This document shows, piece after piece, positions 47,355 to 56,972 of a DNA stretch of 64,000 nt. The stretch lies in the sequence record OP292654.1; one strand, given 5' to 3'. The notes under the pieces were generated by a model. The model was not told where the DNA came from, did not search any database, and saw only the letters and a program-made list of their open reading frames with translations. The translations under genes and the position numbers were made by a program. The first letter of the stretch is position 1. Each line of letters begins with the position of its first letter.

Positions 47355-48470
47355 ATGAAAAAGTATATCGTAGGTGGTTTTGTACGTGATAAGATTCTTG
47401 GTCTTCAACCTAAAGACAAGGATTATGTACTGGTCGGTGCTAAACCAAAAGATATTGAATATCTTCAAAGCATTGGTTATAAACAAGTGGGTGCTGACTT
47501 CCCTGTATTCCTGTCACCAGATGGTGATGAATACGCACTTGCCCGTATCGAGCGTAAAACTGGTACTGGTTACGATGGTTTCACCGTTGAAACTCAGGGT
47601 GTTACATTGGAACAAGACCTGTTTCGTCGCGATTTGACGATTAACGCCATTGCGTGGGATATTGGTACTAAAACCCATGTTGATCCATACAATGGTAAAG
47701 AAGATCTAAAGAACAAGGTACTGCGTCACGTATCTGATGCGTTCAAAGAAGATCCTCTGCGTGTTCTGCGTCTGGCTCGTTTCAAGGCTCGTTACTCCGA
47801 TTTCACGGTACATAAAAGTACTGATGATATGGTTCGTAAGATGGTCAAAGATGGTGAAATCAATCATCTGACTAAAGAGCGTGTTTACGTTGAATTTGAG
47901 AAAGCATTCAGTGAAGCGAAACCAAGTATCTTCCTGAAGTACTTGAAAGATATTGGTGCGTTGACAGTACTGATTCCTGGTTTTGAGGCAACTCAAAAAG
48001 AACTGGAACTGATTGATCAAATTGTAAATACAAGCTCAGATTCACACCGTGATGAATTTATTTGGTCTGTTATTCTTTCTAAGTTAACACCAAATAAAGA
48101 TTATGTTGTTGGTGGTATTAAACTGCCAGCACGTTTTGTGAAGTTCAGTAACTTCATTAAAACTCATTCTGAAAGTTTACTGAAATTCCGTAAAAAGAAA
48201 CCGGAAGAAATGGTAGAACTTTTCAGTACTATGAACATCAAAAATAACGGTGGTGAAGATTTTCTTTACAAAGTCACTGAGTACTTCTTAATTCGTCGCG
48301 AGATGGATAATGAACTCGAAGACCTTATTGTAAAGGTATTTGATCGCTTTACTGATGCTCCAGTTGGTGACATTGAAGAAATGGTAAAAACTGGTAAACT
48401 GGAAGCGAAGGATATTCGTAATCACGTTAAGGGTATCCAGACCACCGAAATCAAAAAGATGTTCGCATAA
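47355..48470 (+). CDS. cca: class II tRNA nucleotidyltransferase (CCA-adding enzyme), no HD domain seen
   Basis: YIVGGFVRD, DKDY, DLFRRDLTINA, EDPLRVLRLARF. Confidence 0.92.
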   Translation: MKKYIVGGFVRDKILGLQPKDKDYVLVGAKPKDIEYLQSIGYKQVGADFPVFLSPDGDEYALARIERKTGTGYDGFTVETQGVTLEQDLFRRDLTINAIAWDIGTKTHVDPYNGKEDLKNKVLRHVSDAFKEDPLRVLRLARFKARYSDFTVHKSTDDMVRKMVKDGEINHLTKERVYVEFEKAFSEAKPSIFLKYLKDIGALTVLIPGFEATQKELELIDQIVNTSSDSHRDEFIWSVILSKLTPNKDYVVGGIKLPARFVKFSNFIKTHSESLLKFRKKKPEEMVELFSTMNIKNNGGEDFLYKVTEYFLIRREMDNELEDLIVKVFDRFTDAPVGDIEEMVKTGKLEAKDIRNHVKGIQTTEIKKMFA

Positions 48471-48535
48471 TTTTGGAACGGTGTTAAAAATTGTGGTATA
48501 CTATAGGTATCTGATAATTTTAGTAGGAAATTCAT

Positions 48536-48973
48536 ATGCGTTATACATGTGGAATAATTTTTTACCGCGACGGTCAGATACTTATAGGTCATACAACCGG
48601 ACAATCTCATTGGGATCTTCCTAAAGGTAAAACCGAAGAAGGTGAAACCTACAAGGAAGCAGCAGTACGGGAATGTTACGAAGAAACAGGATTTGAAATA
48701 TCCGAAGACGACCTTTTGCTGATAGGTGAAGTTGCCTATCGCAAAGGGAAACGTTTAGTATTATTCTTCTATACAGCACCAGATAAACCAGAGGTTTCTG
48801 AGTTAGAATGTCTTAGTACATATACGAATCGTCACGGTCAAGAAAAGCCTGAATTAGATCGGTTTAAATATATTGACGTGGAAGATTGTCAGAATTATCT
48901 GACAGAACGTATGTGTAATAGTATTATTAAGGCTGTCACACAATTCATGGAAAATAGTAGTATTAAGAAATAA
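48536..48973 (+). CDS. NUDIX hydrolase
   Basis: GKTEEGETYKEAAVRECYEETG Nudix box; promoter-like TTGGAA-N18-TATACT just upstream. Confidence 0.9.
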   Translation: MRYTCGIIFYRDGQILIGHTTGQSHWDLPKGKTEEGETYKEAAVRECYEETGFEISEDDLLLIGEVAYRKGKRLVLFFYTAPDKPEVSELECLSTYTNRHGQEKPELDRFKYIDVEDCQNYLTERMCNSIIKAVTQFMENSSIKK

Positions 48974-48990
48974 CATAATAAAGGAATATT

Positions 48991-49227
48991 ATGAACGTAA
49001 AAATGTATGGTCGAGCACAAGGATGTAAGTTTTGTGATCGTGCGAAACTCATTTGTGAAATGAATGGGTTTGAATTAGAATTTATTGATATTGAAGCACA
49101 AGGTCTAAGTGCTGCTGATTTAGCAGAAATCGTTGGTACACCAGTACGGACAGTACCGCAAATTTTCGTAGATGAACAGTACATTGGAGGATGTGATAAG
49201 TTTGAAGCTTTTCTAAAAGGAGAATAA
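48991..49227 (+). CDS. glutaredoxin
   Basis: CKFC, TVPQIF, YIGGCD. Confidence 0.9.
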   Translation: MNVKMYGRAQGCKFCDRAKLICEMNGFELEFIDIEAQGLSAADLAEIVGTPVRTVPQIFVDEQYIGGCDKFEAFLKGE

Positions 49228-49228
49228 T

Positions 49229-49642
49229 ATGAGTCTTTATCAGACCATTCAAACGGAGCGTCAACAATCACTCGGTCAGAACCGAGTAAAGTATAGCCTT
49301 TTCGGTGTTATCATTGCTGAAGTACAACGTAAAACTACATCTCAGGACGTAGCAGATACTGATGTAATTCAGATCATCAAGAAACTACTTGAAAGTGTAA
49401 ATGAAACCTTAGCAGTCTCAAAAATAGAACAACCCGACTTAGAAGCTGAAAAAGCACTTCTAGTCGATCTCCTTCCTAAGCAACTTTCCAATGACGAACT
49501 ACTTGCTATCATGCAAGCCGCTATCGCCGCTGATCCAGCTATGGCAGAAAAGAAAAATATGTTCCCTTACCTGAAAGCTAACTATGACGGTCAGTATAAT
49601 GGTAAAGACGCAAATACTCTATTCGGTCAGTTAGGAGCTTAA
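49229..49642 (+). CDS. GatB/YqeY domain protein
   Basis: DVIQIIKK...EKALLVDLLPKQLSNDEL. Confidence 0.8.
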   Translation: MSLYQTIQTERQQSLGQNRVKYSLFGVIIAEVQRKTTSQDVADTDVIQIIKKLLESVNETLAVSKIEQPDLEAEKALLVDLLPKQLSNDELLAIMQAAIAADPAMAEKKNMFPYLKANYDGQYNGKDANTLFGQLGA

Positions 49643-49643
49643 G

Positions 49644-49985
49644 ATGAAACGCGAGGATTCCACTTCAATTAACGCATATATCTTAGATGAAGATACCCGT
49701 TATAAAGTTAATATGTCTCACTTCACTTTAGGTGAACGTAATATTCGTGAAATGCAAGACCGTCACGCAGCACGTTTACAGAAGGTAAAAGAGTTAGCAG
49801 AGAGTTTAGGTGTTGAATATACTCCTGCTTTACCTGAACCTGAAGCAGTTATTAAACGTAAGGATTTGGTACAGAAATATCAAGAACATAGCGAAGAATA
49901 TGATGCTATTCTCAAGCAAGTATTATCAGTATGTACACCAGAGGACGTGATTGAATTCATTGATAAGCAACTCAATCAGCCCTAA
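49644..49985 (+). CDS. hypothetical protein
   Basis: ORF track. Confidence 0.7.
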   Translation: MKREDSTSINAYILDEDTRYKVNMSHFTLGERNIREMQDRHAARLQKVKELAESLGVEYTPALPEPEAVIKRKDLVQKYQEHSEEYDAILKQVLSVCTPEDVIEFIDKQLNQP

Positions 49986-50036
49986 ATACTGATGAAGGAA
50001 ACAGATTCCTTCGTATTACAATTTGGGAGATTAATT

Positions 50037-50279
50037 ATGCTCAGTTATCGTGAAAAATTAGCTAAAGGCATTTTTGAAAGTGTTAAATCAACTATAAGCA
50101 TTCCTAAGAAATCAGCGTTTCTAGGAACAATTACAGAAGACGGATATTGTGATTTTGAAGTACCTGAAGATACATGGTACTTATCGAAGGATAATAAACG
50201 TGGAACACGACTTTACCAAAGTAATATTGCAAGAAAGCATCGTAAAGAGACAAAGCGAATCCGTTTCGGATTAGAATAA
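50037..50279 (+). CDS. hypothetical protein
   Basis: In frame with track ORF 49992; SD GGGAG precedes ATG 50037; TAAATA at 49983. Confidence 0.6.
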   Translation: MLSYREKLAKGIFESVKSTISIPKKSAFLGTITEDGYCDFEVPEDTWYLSKDNKRGTRLYQSNIARKHRKETKRIRFGLE

Positions 50280-50282
50280 TTT

Positions 50283-50309
50283 AAAGGGAACCTTCGGGTT
50301 CCCTTTTTT
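50283..50309 (+). terminator. intrinsic terminator (UUCG loop)
   Basis: AAAGGGAACC-ttcg-GGTTCCCTTT plus T-run. Confidence 0.9.
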
Positions 50310-50323
50310 CAATTGAGGCATTT

Positions 50324-50821
50324 ATGATTAATACACATGTAGGAAATTTATTTGACCTAGTACTCAATGGTCAACGTTGGGATAGTGATGTACACTATAT
50401 CATCCACGGATGTAACGCTCAAGGACGTATGGGTTCTGGATTTGCTAAAGAACTACGTGAACGTTTTCCAAGTGCCTATGATGATTATATCGTAGCATAT
50501 GAAGAAGGTAACAACCACCTAGATGTTGGAACTGTTATCTATCATGCGGCAGAGCAAGATATTATTATCTGTAATACTATCACCCAAGAATTCTACGGTC
50601 GTGATGGTGCTAAATATGTCAGTTATGATGCGATTGACAAGATCTTTTTAGAACTTGACAATTCTGCTAAAGTACTGAAAAAAGTATCCGGTATTGAAGA
50701 AGTCCATATGCACTTTCCTAAAATCGGTTCAGATTTGGGTGGTGGTTGTTGGAATGTGATTCAAGAAATCATCGATCATCGGGTACAAAACGCAACAAAG
50801 AATCTCTATGAACTGAAATAA
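50324..50821 (+). CDS. macrodomain (ADP-ribose processing) protein
   Basis: GNLF, HGCNAQGRMGSGFAKEL, FPKIGSDLGGG. Confidence 0.85.
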   Translation: MINTHVGNLFDLVLNGQRWDSDVHYIIHGCNAQGRMGSGFAKELRERFPSAYDDYIVAYEEGNNHLDVGTVIYHAAEQDIIICNTITQEFYGRDGAKYVSYDAIDKIFLELDNSAKVLKKVSGIEEVHMHFPKIGSDLGGGCWNVIQEIIDHRVQNATKNLYELK

Positions 50822-50850
50822 GTTCATCATATAAAATACAAGGAAGTATT

Positions 50851-51171
50851 ATGTCAAGCAATGTAAAACTAATTTTTATTAACGGTATTGGTCCAATTAT
50901 CGGAACTATTCAGGATGATGTTACTGACGCTATTGTGGTTCGCAATCCATGTCAGTTCGGACTAGATGAAGAAGGTCAAATGATTATTCGTGATTACTTG
51001 GAAGGTATCATTGATCCTGAAGAAAATACTATCTTCATGAAGTACAATATCGTTTCAGTTAACGATCCAGCAGCATCAATCGCAGCGGCTTATATTAGTG
51101 CTATTGAATCATTAGAAGCTGAGAAATCTTCTCCTAAGCTGATCGTTCCAGACAACAAAATCATTATCTAA
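50851..51171 (+). CDS. myophage hypothetical protein (possible Sm-like fold)
   Basis: VKLIF...IIG...IVVRNP...P...AY pattern. Confidence 0.5.
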   Translation: MSSNVKLIFINGIGPIIGTIQDDVTDAIVVRNPCQFGLDEEGQMIIRDYLEGIIDPEENTIFMKYNIVSVNDPAASIAAAYISAIESLEAEKSSPKLIVPDNKIII

Positions 51172-51180
51172 CGGTACAAA

Positions 51181-51543
51181 ATGAGTGTATATCAAGCAAT
51201 CGTGATTGTCGAAGGGCAATCACCAATGGATTTAGTTAAACTATCAGTACGTGCTGGTATGGAAATCATGAACCAGTTCGACCCAACTCGCACACAATAC
51301 GTGGGTGATAATGAGCATAAAATCTTCAAGAAAGATTTTTCTGAATGGGTAGAGAATGGTTATGAACAACATTTATATGTTGCTCCAGAATCTGATATGT
51401 TATCAGAAATTGAATTCCACTGTAACTTAGAAGGTGCTCCAATCAACTTTGTTGAGGAAGATTCACAATCTATGATTCTTGTAATTGGTCCATTTGATTC
51501 TGAACGTTTACGGTATTTCACTCAGAACTGTCGTCGCATTTAA
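51181..51543 (+). CDS. degenerate PTH2-like (peptidyl-tRNA hydrolase 2 fold) protein
   Basis: FSEWVENG..LYV...LVIGP..SE.LRYFT..C matches PTH2 architecture; DAGRT motif not conserved. Confidence 0.5.
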   Translation: MSVYQAIVIVEGQSPMDLVKLSVRAGMEIMNQFDPTRTQYVGDNEHKIFKKDFSEWVENGYEQHLYVAPESDMLSEIEFHCNLEGAPINFVEEDSQSMILVIGPFDSERLRYFTQNCRRI

Positions 51544-51591
51544 GACCTGAACCCCTAAATATGATATACAAACATGTTTAGGGGTATTTTT

Positions 51592-52377
51592 ATGTCTTAT
51601 AATTATGGCGGGAATCCAGATTCTCCACAATACGATCATCGTGAAGAAATGAAACGTGTTATTACTGTAATGCTCGGTGCGGGTTCTATTGAAGTAGAAT
51701 TGACTGATGAACAACTTGAATTATGCATTGATAATGCTGTAGCTAATTATCGTGCTTGGGCTGCTGCTTCTAAAGAAGAAGCATTCCTACATATGAAGTT
51801 TTATGAGTCCGATTCTGTTTATGAACTACCTACTGAGGTTGAAATTGTTCGTAGAATTTATCGTCGTGGTAATGGGGTTGTTTCTGGTTCAGGAGCAACT
51901 GTTGATCCATTCTCATTGGCGTACAGTAATACATATCTATTAAGTGCGGTACGTGGTAGTACTGGTGGCGGTCTTTTAACTTATGACTTATATCATCAAT
52001 TTGATGAAACCGTTGGTCGTATGTTTGGACGTGAAATCATGTTCCTATGGAATTCCGTTACAAAGAAATTAACACTAGAACGTGATATTCGTGGTGAAGA
52101 AGAAGTACTTCTACACGTTTACCACAACAAACCAGAACCAATTTTATTCAAAACTCAAAGTACTTATCCGTGGTTACGTGATTGGGCTTTGTCCGAAGCA
52201 ATGATGATTTTAGGACGTTATCGTTCTAAATTCGCAACCCTTCCTGGCCCACAGGGGTCATTCTCAATGGATGGTGCTGACTTGCTACAAAACGCAATAC
52301 GTATGCAGCAAGAACTTCGTGATCGTCTACGTAAATACGAAGATGGTAGTACACCTCTAGGTTTCATTATCGGCTAA
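51592..52377 (+). CDS. neck protein (T4 gp13-like)
   Basis: IEVELTDEQLELCIDNAV; KF..LPG..G...MDG; late promoter TAAATA 51556; SD AGGGG supports start 51592. Confidence 0.7.
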   Translation: MSYNYGGNPDSPQYDHREEMKRVITVMLGAGSIEVELTDEQLELCIDNAVANYRAWAAASKEEAFLHMKFYESDSVYELPTEVEIVRRIYRRGNGVVSGSGATVDPFSLAYSNTYLLSAVRGSTGGGLLTYDLYHQFDETVGRMFGREIMFLWNSVTKKLTLERDIRGEEEVLLHVYHNKPEPILFKTQSTYPWLRDWALSEAMMILGRYRSKFATLPGPQGSFSMDGADLLQNAIRMQQELRDRLRKYEDGSTPLGFIIG

Positions 52378-52415
52378 TATAAATACACCATAATTGGAAA
52401 TGTTATGGTGATATT

Positions 52416-52670
52416 ATGCGGTATGAAGCTTTTATGGGAACAGATGAATTTTTATATAGTGGTGAAAGTGGTGAAGTTTCAACAAAAATGTTGAAGTTCA
52501 TGGAAGCTATTACTGATGAAAATGAATCTGGTACATTTGAAATAAAAGAAGAAGTAGTTGGTGGCATACCACTATATTATGCTTCAGTATGCTTTCCTGA
52601 TTGGGCTGAAGCACTATTTTTAATCCAATTTTATGAATATGATTGGGAACTCTTGGAAGAATCTGAATAA
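52416..52670 (+). CDS. acidic hypothetical protein
   Basis: ORF track; TAAATA at 52380. Confidence 0.65.
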   Translation: MRYEAFMGTDEFLYSGESGEVSTKMLKFMEAITDENESGTFEIKEEVVGGIPLYYASVCFPDWAEALFLIQFYEYDWELLEESE

Positions 52671-52705
52671 GGTTCTTCCTTTTTTCGTTTAAAGGAAACA
52701 GAAAC

Positions 52706-53350
52706 ATGGAACGTAAATTAGTAGCAATTAATGGAACTATTGGCTCAGGAAAAGATACTTTTTCTCAAGTTTTTATAGACAATGGTTTTTATAGAGTATC
52801 ATTCGCAGAAACTTTAAAAGATGCAGTAGCAGCTATTTTCGGTTGGGATCGTGAAATGTTAGAAGGTACTACCGACGAAGCACGTAAGATTCGTGAACAG
52901 CCTGACGAGTACTGGTCAAGTAAATTAGGTAGAGATATAACTCCACGTTGGGTACTTCAAAATCTCGGTACTGATGTTCTTCGTCGTCATTTTCATGATA
53001 ATATTTGGGTGTTCGCCGCAGAAAATAAGATTAGAAATCTTCCTCATGAACGTGTGATTATCACTGATTGTCGTTTTCCAAATGAATTAAAGATGATTCG
53101 TGATAATGCTGGTACAATTATTGAAGTACAACGAGTACTGCCATCTTGGTATCACACAGCTTTTAAATATAATTTGCTGGTTGAATCTGGAATTGAGGGT
53201 TTAGTACTGCCAACTGAAATGGAAGGTGTTCATTCATCGGAATATGGATGGGTTGGTATTAATCGTCCAGATTATATTGTAGAAAATAACAGCACTATAG
53301 ATTCACTACACTCTCAAGCTTATACCATTCTTAGTAATATCATCAAGTAA
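52706..53350 (+). CDS. deoxynucleoside monophosphate kinase (T4 gp1-like)
   Basis: GTIGSGKDT, FAETLK, TPRWVLQNLGTD, DCRFPNE, HSSE. Confidence 0.9.
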   Translation: MERKLVAINGTIGSGKDTFSQVFIDNGFYRVSFAETLKDAVAAIFGWDREMLEGTTDEARKIREQPDEYWSSKLGRDITPRWVLQNLGTDVLRRHFHDNIWVFAAENKIRNLPHERVIITDCRFPNELKMIRDNAGTIIEVQRVLPSWYHTAFKYNLLVESGIEGLVLPTEMEGVHSSEYGWVGINRPDYIVENNSTIDSLHSQAYTILSNIIK

Positions 53351-53436
53351 CTTTACTTTAGCCACATAAGATTTAATCCTCGAATAAATAACATTATACG
53401 AATATTCGAATAAACCCAAAATTTTTGGAGGATTAA

Positions 53437-56091
53437 ATGGCTGATTTACTATCACCTGGTGTAAGTGTAACAGTTACCGACGAGACTATTAGTGCTACTA
53501 GTGGTAACGGAACAGTGCCTTTGTTTGTCATTGCGACAGCACAAGATAAACTTGTGACAGGCAGTACTTCTGTGGCTACAGGTACAACTAAAGCTAACGC
53601 TGGTACACTACAACTTATTACATCGCAAAGAAATGCTCTTGAAACTTACGGATCACCTATTTTTCAATCAAGTAATGGTTCTGTAGTTCAAGGCGATGAA
53701 CTTAACGAATATGGTCTTCATGCACTATACAGCTATATGGGTATCGCTAACCGAGCTTATGTAGTTCGTGCTGATATTGACCTAGCACAACTAGCACCAG
53801 CAGCAACTGAACCTACCGGTCCAGTATCTAATGGTACACTATGGTTAGATACAAGTGCGACACAAATTGAAGCATATGTTGCTTCAAAAGACAACCCACA
53901 AAGTTTTTACGACTGGACAGTTAAAACTGTTACTATCGTAAGCGAAGCAGACATTGATGATGTTGATACTTCAGGTTTGAATGTAGACGATTTAGTACTA
54001 CGCCATAACCCATCGAACGGACAAATGCTAATGTACAAGTACGAAGCTGCTGGTCTAGTTCAAGTAGAAACTTACTTGTCTCCAATCAATAAAGTACCAA
54101 CTGGTGTATCTGTAGAAAAAGGAAATATCTGGATTCGTGATGGTTACACAAAGAATGGTTCTAATTATTTCGGTACACGTTTTGTTGTTAAGCGTTTCGC
54201 TTCACTAACATCCGTATGGACTGAAGTTAATGTTTGGACAGGTAACAGCTTCTATGAAATTGAAGCGAAATCTGCTACCTTCGATAACACTTATTTCGGT
54301 GCTCTTTTTGATGAAGATAGTAAGAGTTTCACTCTTTATACCAAATCTGGTTCTATCGCATCTATTAGTGCTCCAGCAACACCAATTGGACAATCTTCAA
54401 GTCAAGTAGCTTCTGCTGCTGGTTCTTTAACCATCAAGTTCTTGAATAAATCTTATACTGTTGTTGCGGTGAATTCAGGTGAAGTAATTAATACTGCTAC
54501 CTTAATCGCTAATCTAAATCAAAGTGCTGACCTAATCAACGCTGGTTTCACTTTCACTGGTACTAACGCTCTTGTTGTAACAAACAAAAACGGTTATAGT
54601 TTCCAAACTACAAGTACTGGTCAACAAATCTTTAACACTATTGATTTGGCAAAATTAACTGTAGATTCAAGTAACTATGTTCAAGTAAACAATGCTAACC
54701 TACGTGTTTCTTCAAGTACTCCAACTGCTCAAGCAGCAAATGGTACTTACTGGTATAACTTCAGTAACTCTGATTCCTTAACTGTGGGTCTATATGTTGC
54801 TAACGTCAGTACTAACACATGGGATGCTATTGACCCTAATACTAATATGTACGTTCAACTAGATGAACCAGCAGCAGACCGTGATTTTTGGGTACAACCA
54901 CTATCACAAGGTGTTGATGGATATGTATTCTATCGTAATGTTAGTGGAACTTGGGTTAAACTAGATGACACTGATCAAAGTACTCTAAATGGTATGATCT
55001 TCGATGACTTCACTACTGGTGATGTTCCTGCTGCTGAATTGTATCAAAACGGTATGCTTGCGGTAGACTTAGGTACTACTGAAGGTGTTGTAAAAGTTAT
55101 GACTAATGGTGTTTGGACTGTTGCTAGTGGTGTTGCTCTAAACGGTGCTGGTCTATTTGGTCGTGCTGCTCAGCGTAACATTGTAGTTGAAGCTCTAGCA
55201 TCTGTTGTTGTTTCAAACGAAGACATTCGTGCTGAAAGTATTCAGTTCAACCTAATGTGTGTTCCTGGTTATGTAGAACTTCTAGATGAACTAGTAACCC
55301 TAAACACTGACCGCAAAGAAACTGCTTTCATTGTTACCGATGTTCCAGCACGTCTAGCACCAAATGCTACTGATGTTCAAGCTTGGGCTACTAACGCTAA
55401 CAACGCAGCATCTAACGGTGATGTTGGTCGTGTAACTGCTTACTCCTATGCTGCTCAATATATGGGCTGGGGTCTTGGAACTAACGTTGATGGTTCTGAA
55501 GTAGCAGTACCAGGTAGTACTATTGCTATGCGTACCTATGCTTACAGCGATAGCGTAAGTTATGTATGGTATCCACCAGCAGGTACTTCACGTGGTGTTG
55601 TAAGTAACGCAGCAAGTATTGGTTATATCAATGACGAAGGTGAATATGCTCCCGTAGTATACAACCAAGGTCAACGTGATACCATGTACGTTAATAAGAT
55701 TAACCCAATTGCGATGCGTCCAAATCGTGGATTACTAGTATACGGAGATAAAACTCTAGCTGCTGACGATACATCAGCACTAAGCCGTGTAAACGTTGCT
55801 CGTCTAGTAGTTTATATTCGTACACAACTAGCTATTTTGGCAGAACCGTTCCTATTCCGTTTGAACACAGCAAGTACTCGTCAAGAGTTTACTTCTGTAG
55901 TTAACAGTTTCCTAGCTGAGATTGTTCAACTAAATGGTCTATACGACTTCCTAGTAGTTTGTGACGAATCAAACAACACAACTTCACGTATTGATGCTAA
56001 TGAATTGTGGATGGATATTGCACTTGTTCCGACTCGTTCAATCAACTTCATCTATATTCCAATCCGTTTGGAAAACAGTTTAACATCTTAA
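53437..56091 (+). CDS. contractile tail sheath protein
   Basis: LLSPGVSVTV, WYPPAGTSRG, INPI, YGDKT, RVNVARL, CDESNNT, P.RSINFI. Confidence 0.95.
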   Translation: MADLLSPGVSVTVTDETISATSGNGTVPLFVIATAQDKLVTGSTSVATGTTKANAGTLQLITSQRNALETYGSPIFQSSNGSVVQGDELNEYGLHALYSYMGIANRAYVVRADIDLAQLAPAATEPTGPVSNGTLWLDTSATQIEAYVASKDNPQSFYDWTVKTVTIVSEADIDDVDTSGLNVDDLVLRHNPSNGQMLMYKYEAAGLVQVETYLSPINKVPTGVSVEKGNIWIRDGYTKNGSNYFGTRFVVKRFASLTSVWTEVNVWTGNSFYEIEAKSATFDNTYFGALFDEDSKSFTLYTKSGSIASISAPATPIGQSSSQVASAAGSLTIKFLNKSYTVVAVNSGEVINTATLIANLNQSADLINAGFTFTGTNALVVTNKNGYSFQTTSTGQQIFNTIDLAKLTVDSSNYVQVNNANLRVSSSTPTAQAANGTYWYNFSNSDSLTVGLYVANVSTNTWDAIDPNTNMYVQLDEPAADRDFWVQPLSQGVDGYVFYRNVSGTWVKLDDTDQSTLNGMIFDDFTTGDVPAAELYQNGMLAVDLGTTEGVVKVMTNGVWTVASGVALNGAGLFGRAAQRNIVVEALASVVVSNEDIRAESIQFNLMCVPGYVELLDELVTLNTDRKETAFIVTDVPARLAPNATDVQAWATNANNAASNGDVGRVTAYSYAAQYMGWGLGTNVDGSEVAVPGSTIAMRTYAYSDSVSYVWYPPAGTSRGVVSNAASIGYINDEGEYAPVVYNQGQRDTMYVNKINPIAMRPNRGLLVYGDKTLAADDTSALSRVNVARLVVYIRTQLAILAEPFLFRLNTASTRQEFTSVVNSFLAEIVQLNGLYDFLVVCDESNNTTSRIDANELWMDIALVPTRSINFIYIPIRLENSLTS

Positions 56092-56101
56092 TTAAACAAA
56101 T

Positions 56102-56129
56102 AAGGGAGCCGATGGCTCCCTTTTCTTTT
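56102..56129 (+). terminator. intrinsic terminator
   Basis: AAGGGAGCC-gat-GGCTCCCTT plus T-rich tail. Confidence 0.85.
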
Positions 56130-56201
56130 GTAGTACTCCTTAGAACAGTAAAGTTTATAAATACATTAAAGATTATTCCTTAAATTATTGGGAGATTAAT
56201 A

Positions 56202-56891
56202 ATGGCAAATTTACTGGATAAATATGGCGTTCCAATCACTGGTGGCTCTCGTGCTCCAATGAAACAACCGAAGCCTAAATATCGTTTCCGTGTAGTATTC
56301 TTCGGATTCGGTAATACTGAGGACGGAACCTATATTACTTTGGATACTAACACTGTTGGTACTCCACACGTTGAACATGAACCAATCAAAGTTCATAGTT
56401 ACAACAGTTCTGCGAACTTTAAAGGGAAATATACATGGAATCCTATTGAAGTTGCTTTCCGCGACTCAGTAGGGAACCTTTCTCTAAAAGCTCTTTGGAA
56501 CCAAATGCGTAAAGAATTTAACTACTACTCTCAAGAGTCTCGTACTACTGCTTCACAGTATAAGTTCGAAATGTGGATTCAAGCACTAGATGGTTCTAAC
56601 TCAGACAACCTAACAAACCTTTATGAAGGCACACTACATACTTGGATCTGTCAAGGATGTTTCATTACCGATTCTAACTTCGGTGATTGGGATTATTCAA
56701 GTTCAGAATCTCAAGTAATTACCATGACAGTACAACCTGATGGATGTGTACTAGTTGGACCAGAAGGTCAAGCTCTTGGTGATGAAGTCGCTGGTACTGG
56801 TACTCCTGAAAACGCAGTATCTATTACGAACGGTCAAACTTCTATTAGTTCTGATACCCTATCGGATTCTAACTTCTACGAAGGACAATAA
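56202..56891 (+). CDS. tail tube protein 1
   Basis: After sheath; KYRFRV, WNPIEVAFRD, gp19-like C-terminus; TATAAATA at 56157. Confidence 0.8.
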   Translation: MANLLDKYGVPITGGSRAPMKQPKPKYRFRVVFFGFGNTEDGTYITLDTNTVGTPHVEHEPIKVHSYNSSANFKGKYTWNPIEVAFRDSVGNLSLKALWNQMRKEFNYYSQESRTTASQYKFEMWIQALDGSNSDNLTNLYEGTLHTWICQGCFITDSNFGDWDYSSSESQVITMTVQPDGCVLVGPEGQALGDEVAGTGTPENAVSITNGQTSISSDTLSDSNFYEGQ

Positions 56892-56972
56892 TACTTATGC
56901 CCTGGACTTGTTCAGGGCTTTTTTATTGCTAAATATAATATACATTCCATATTAAATAGGGGAAAATATAAA

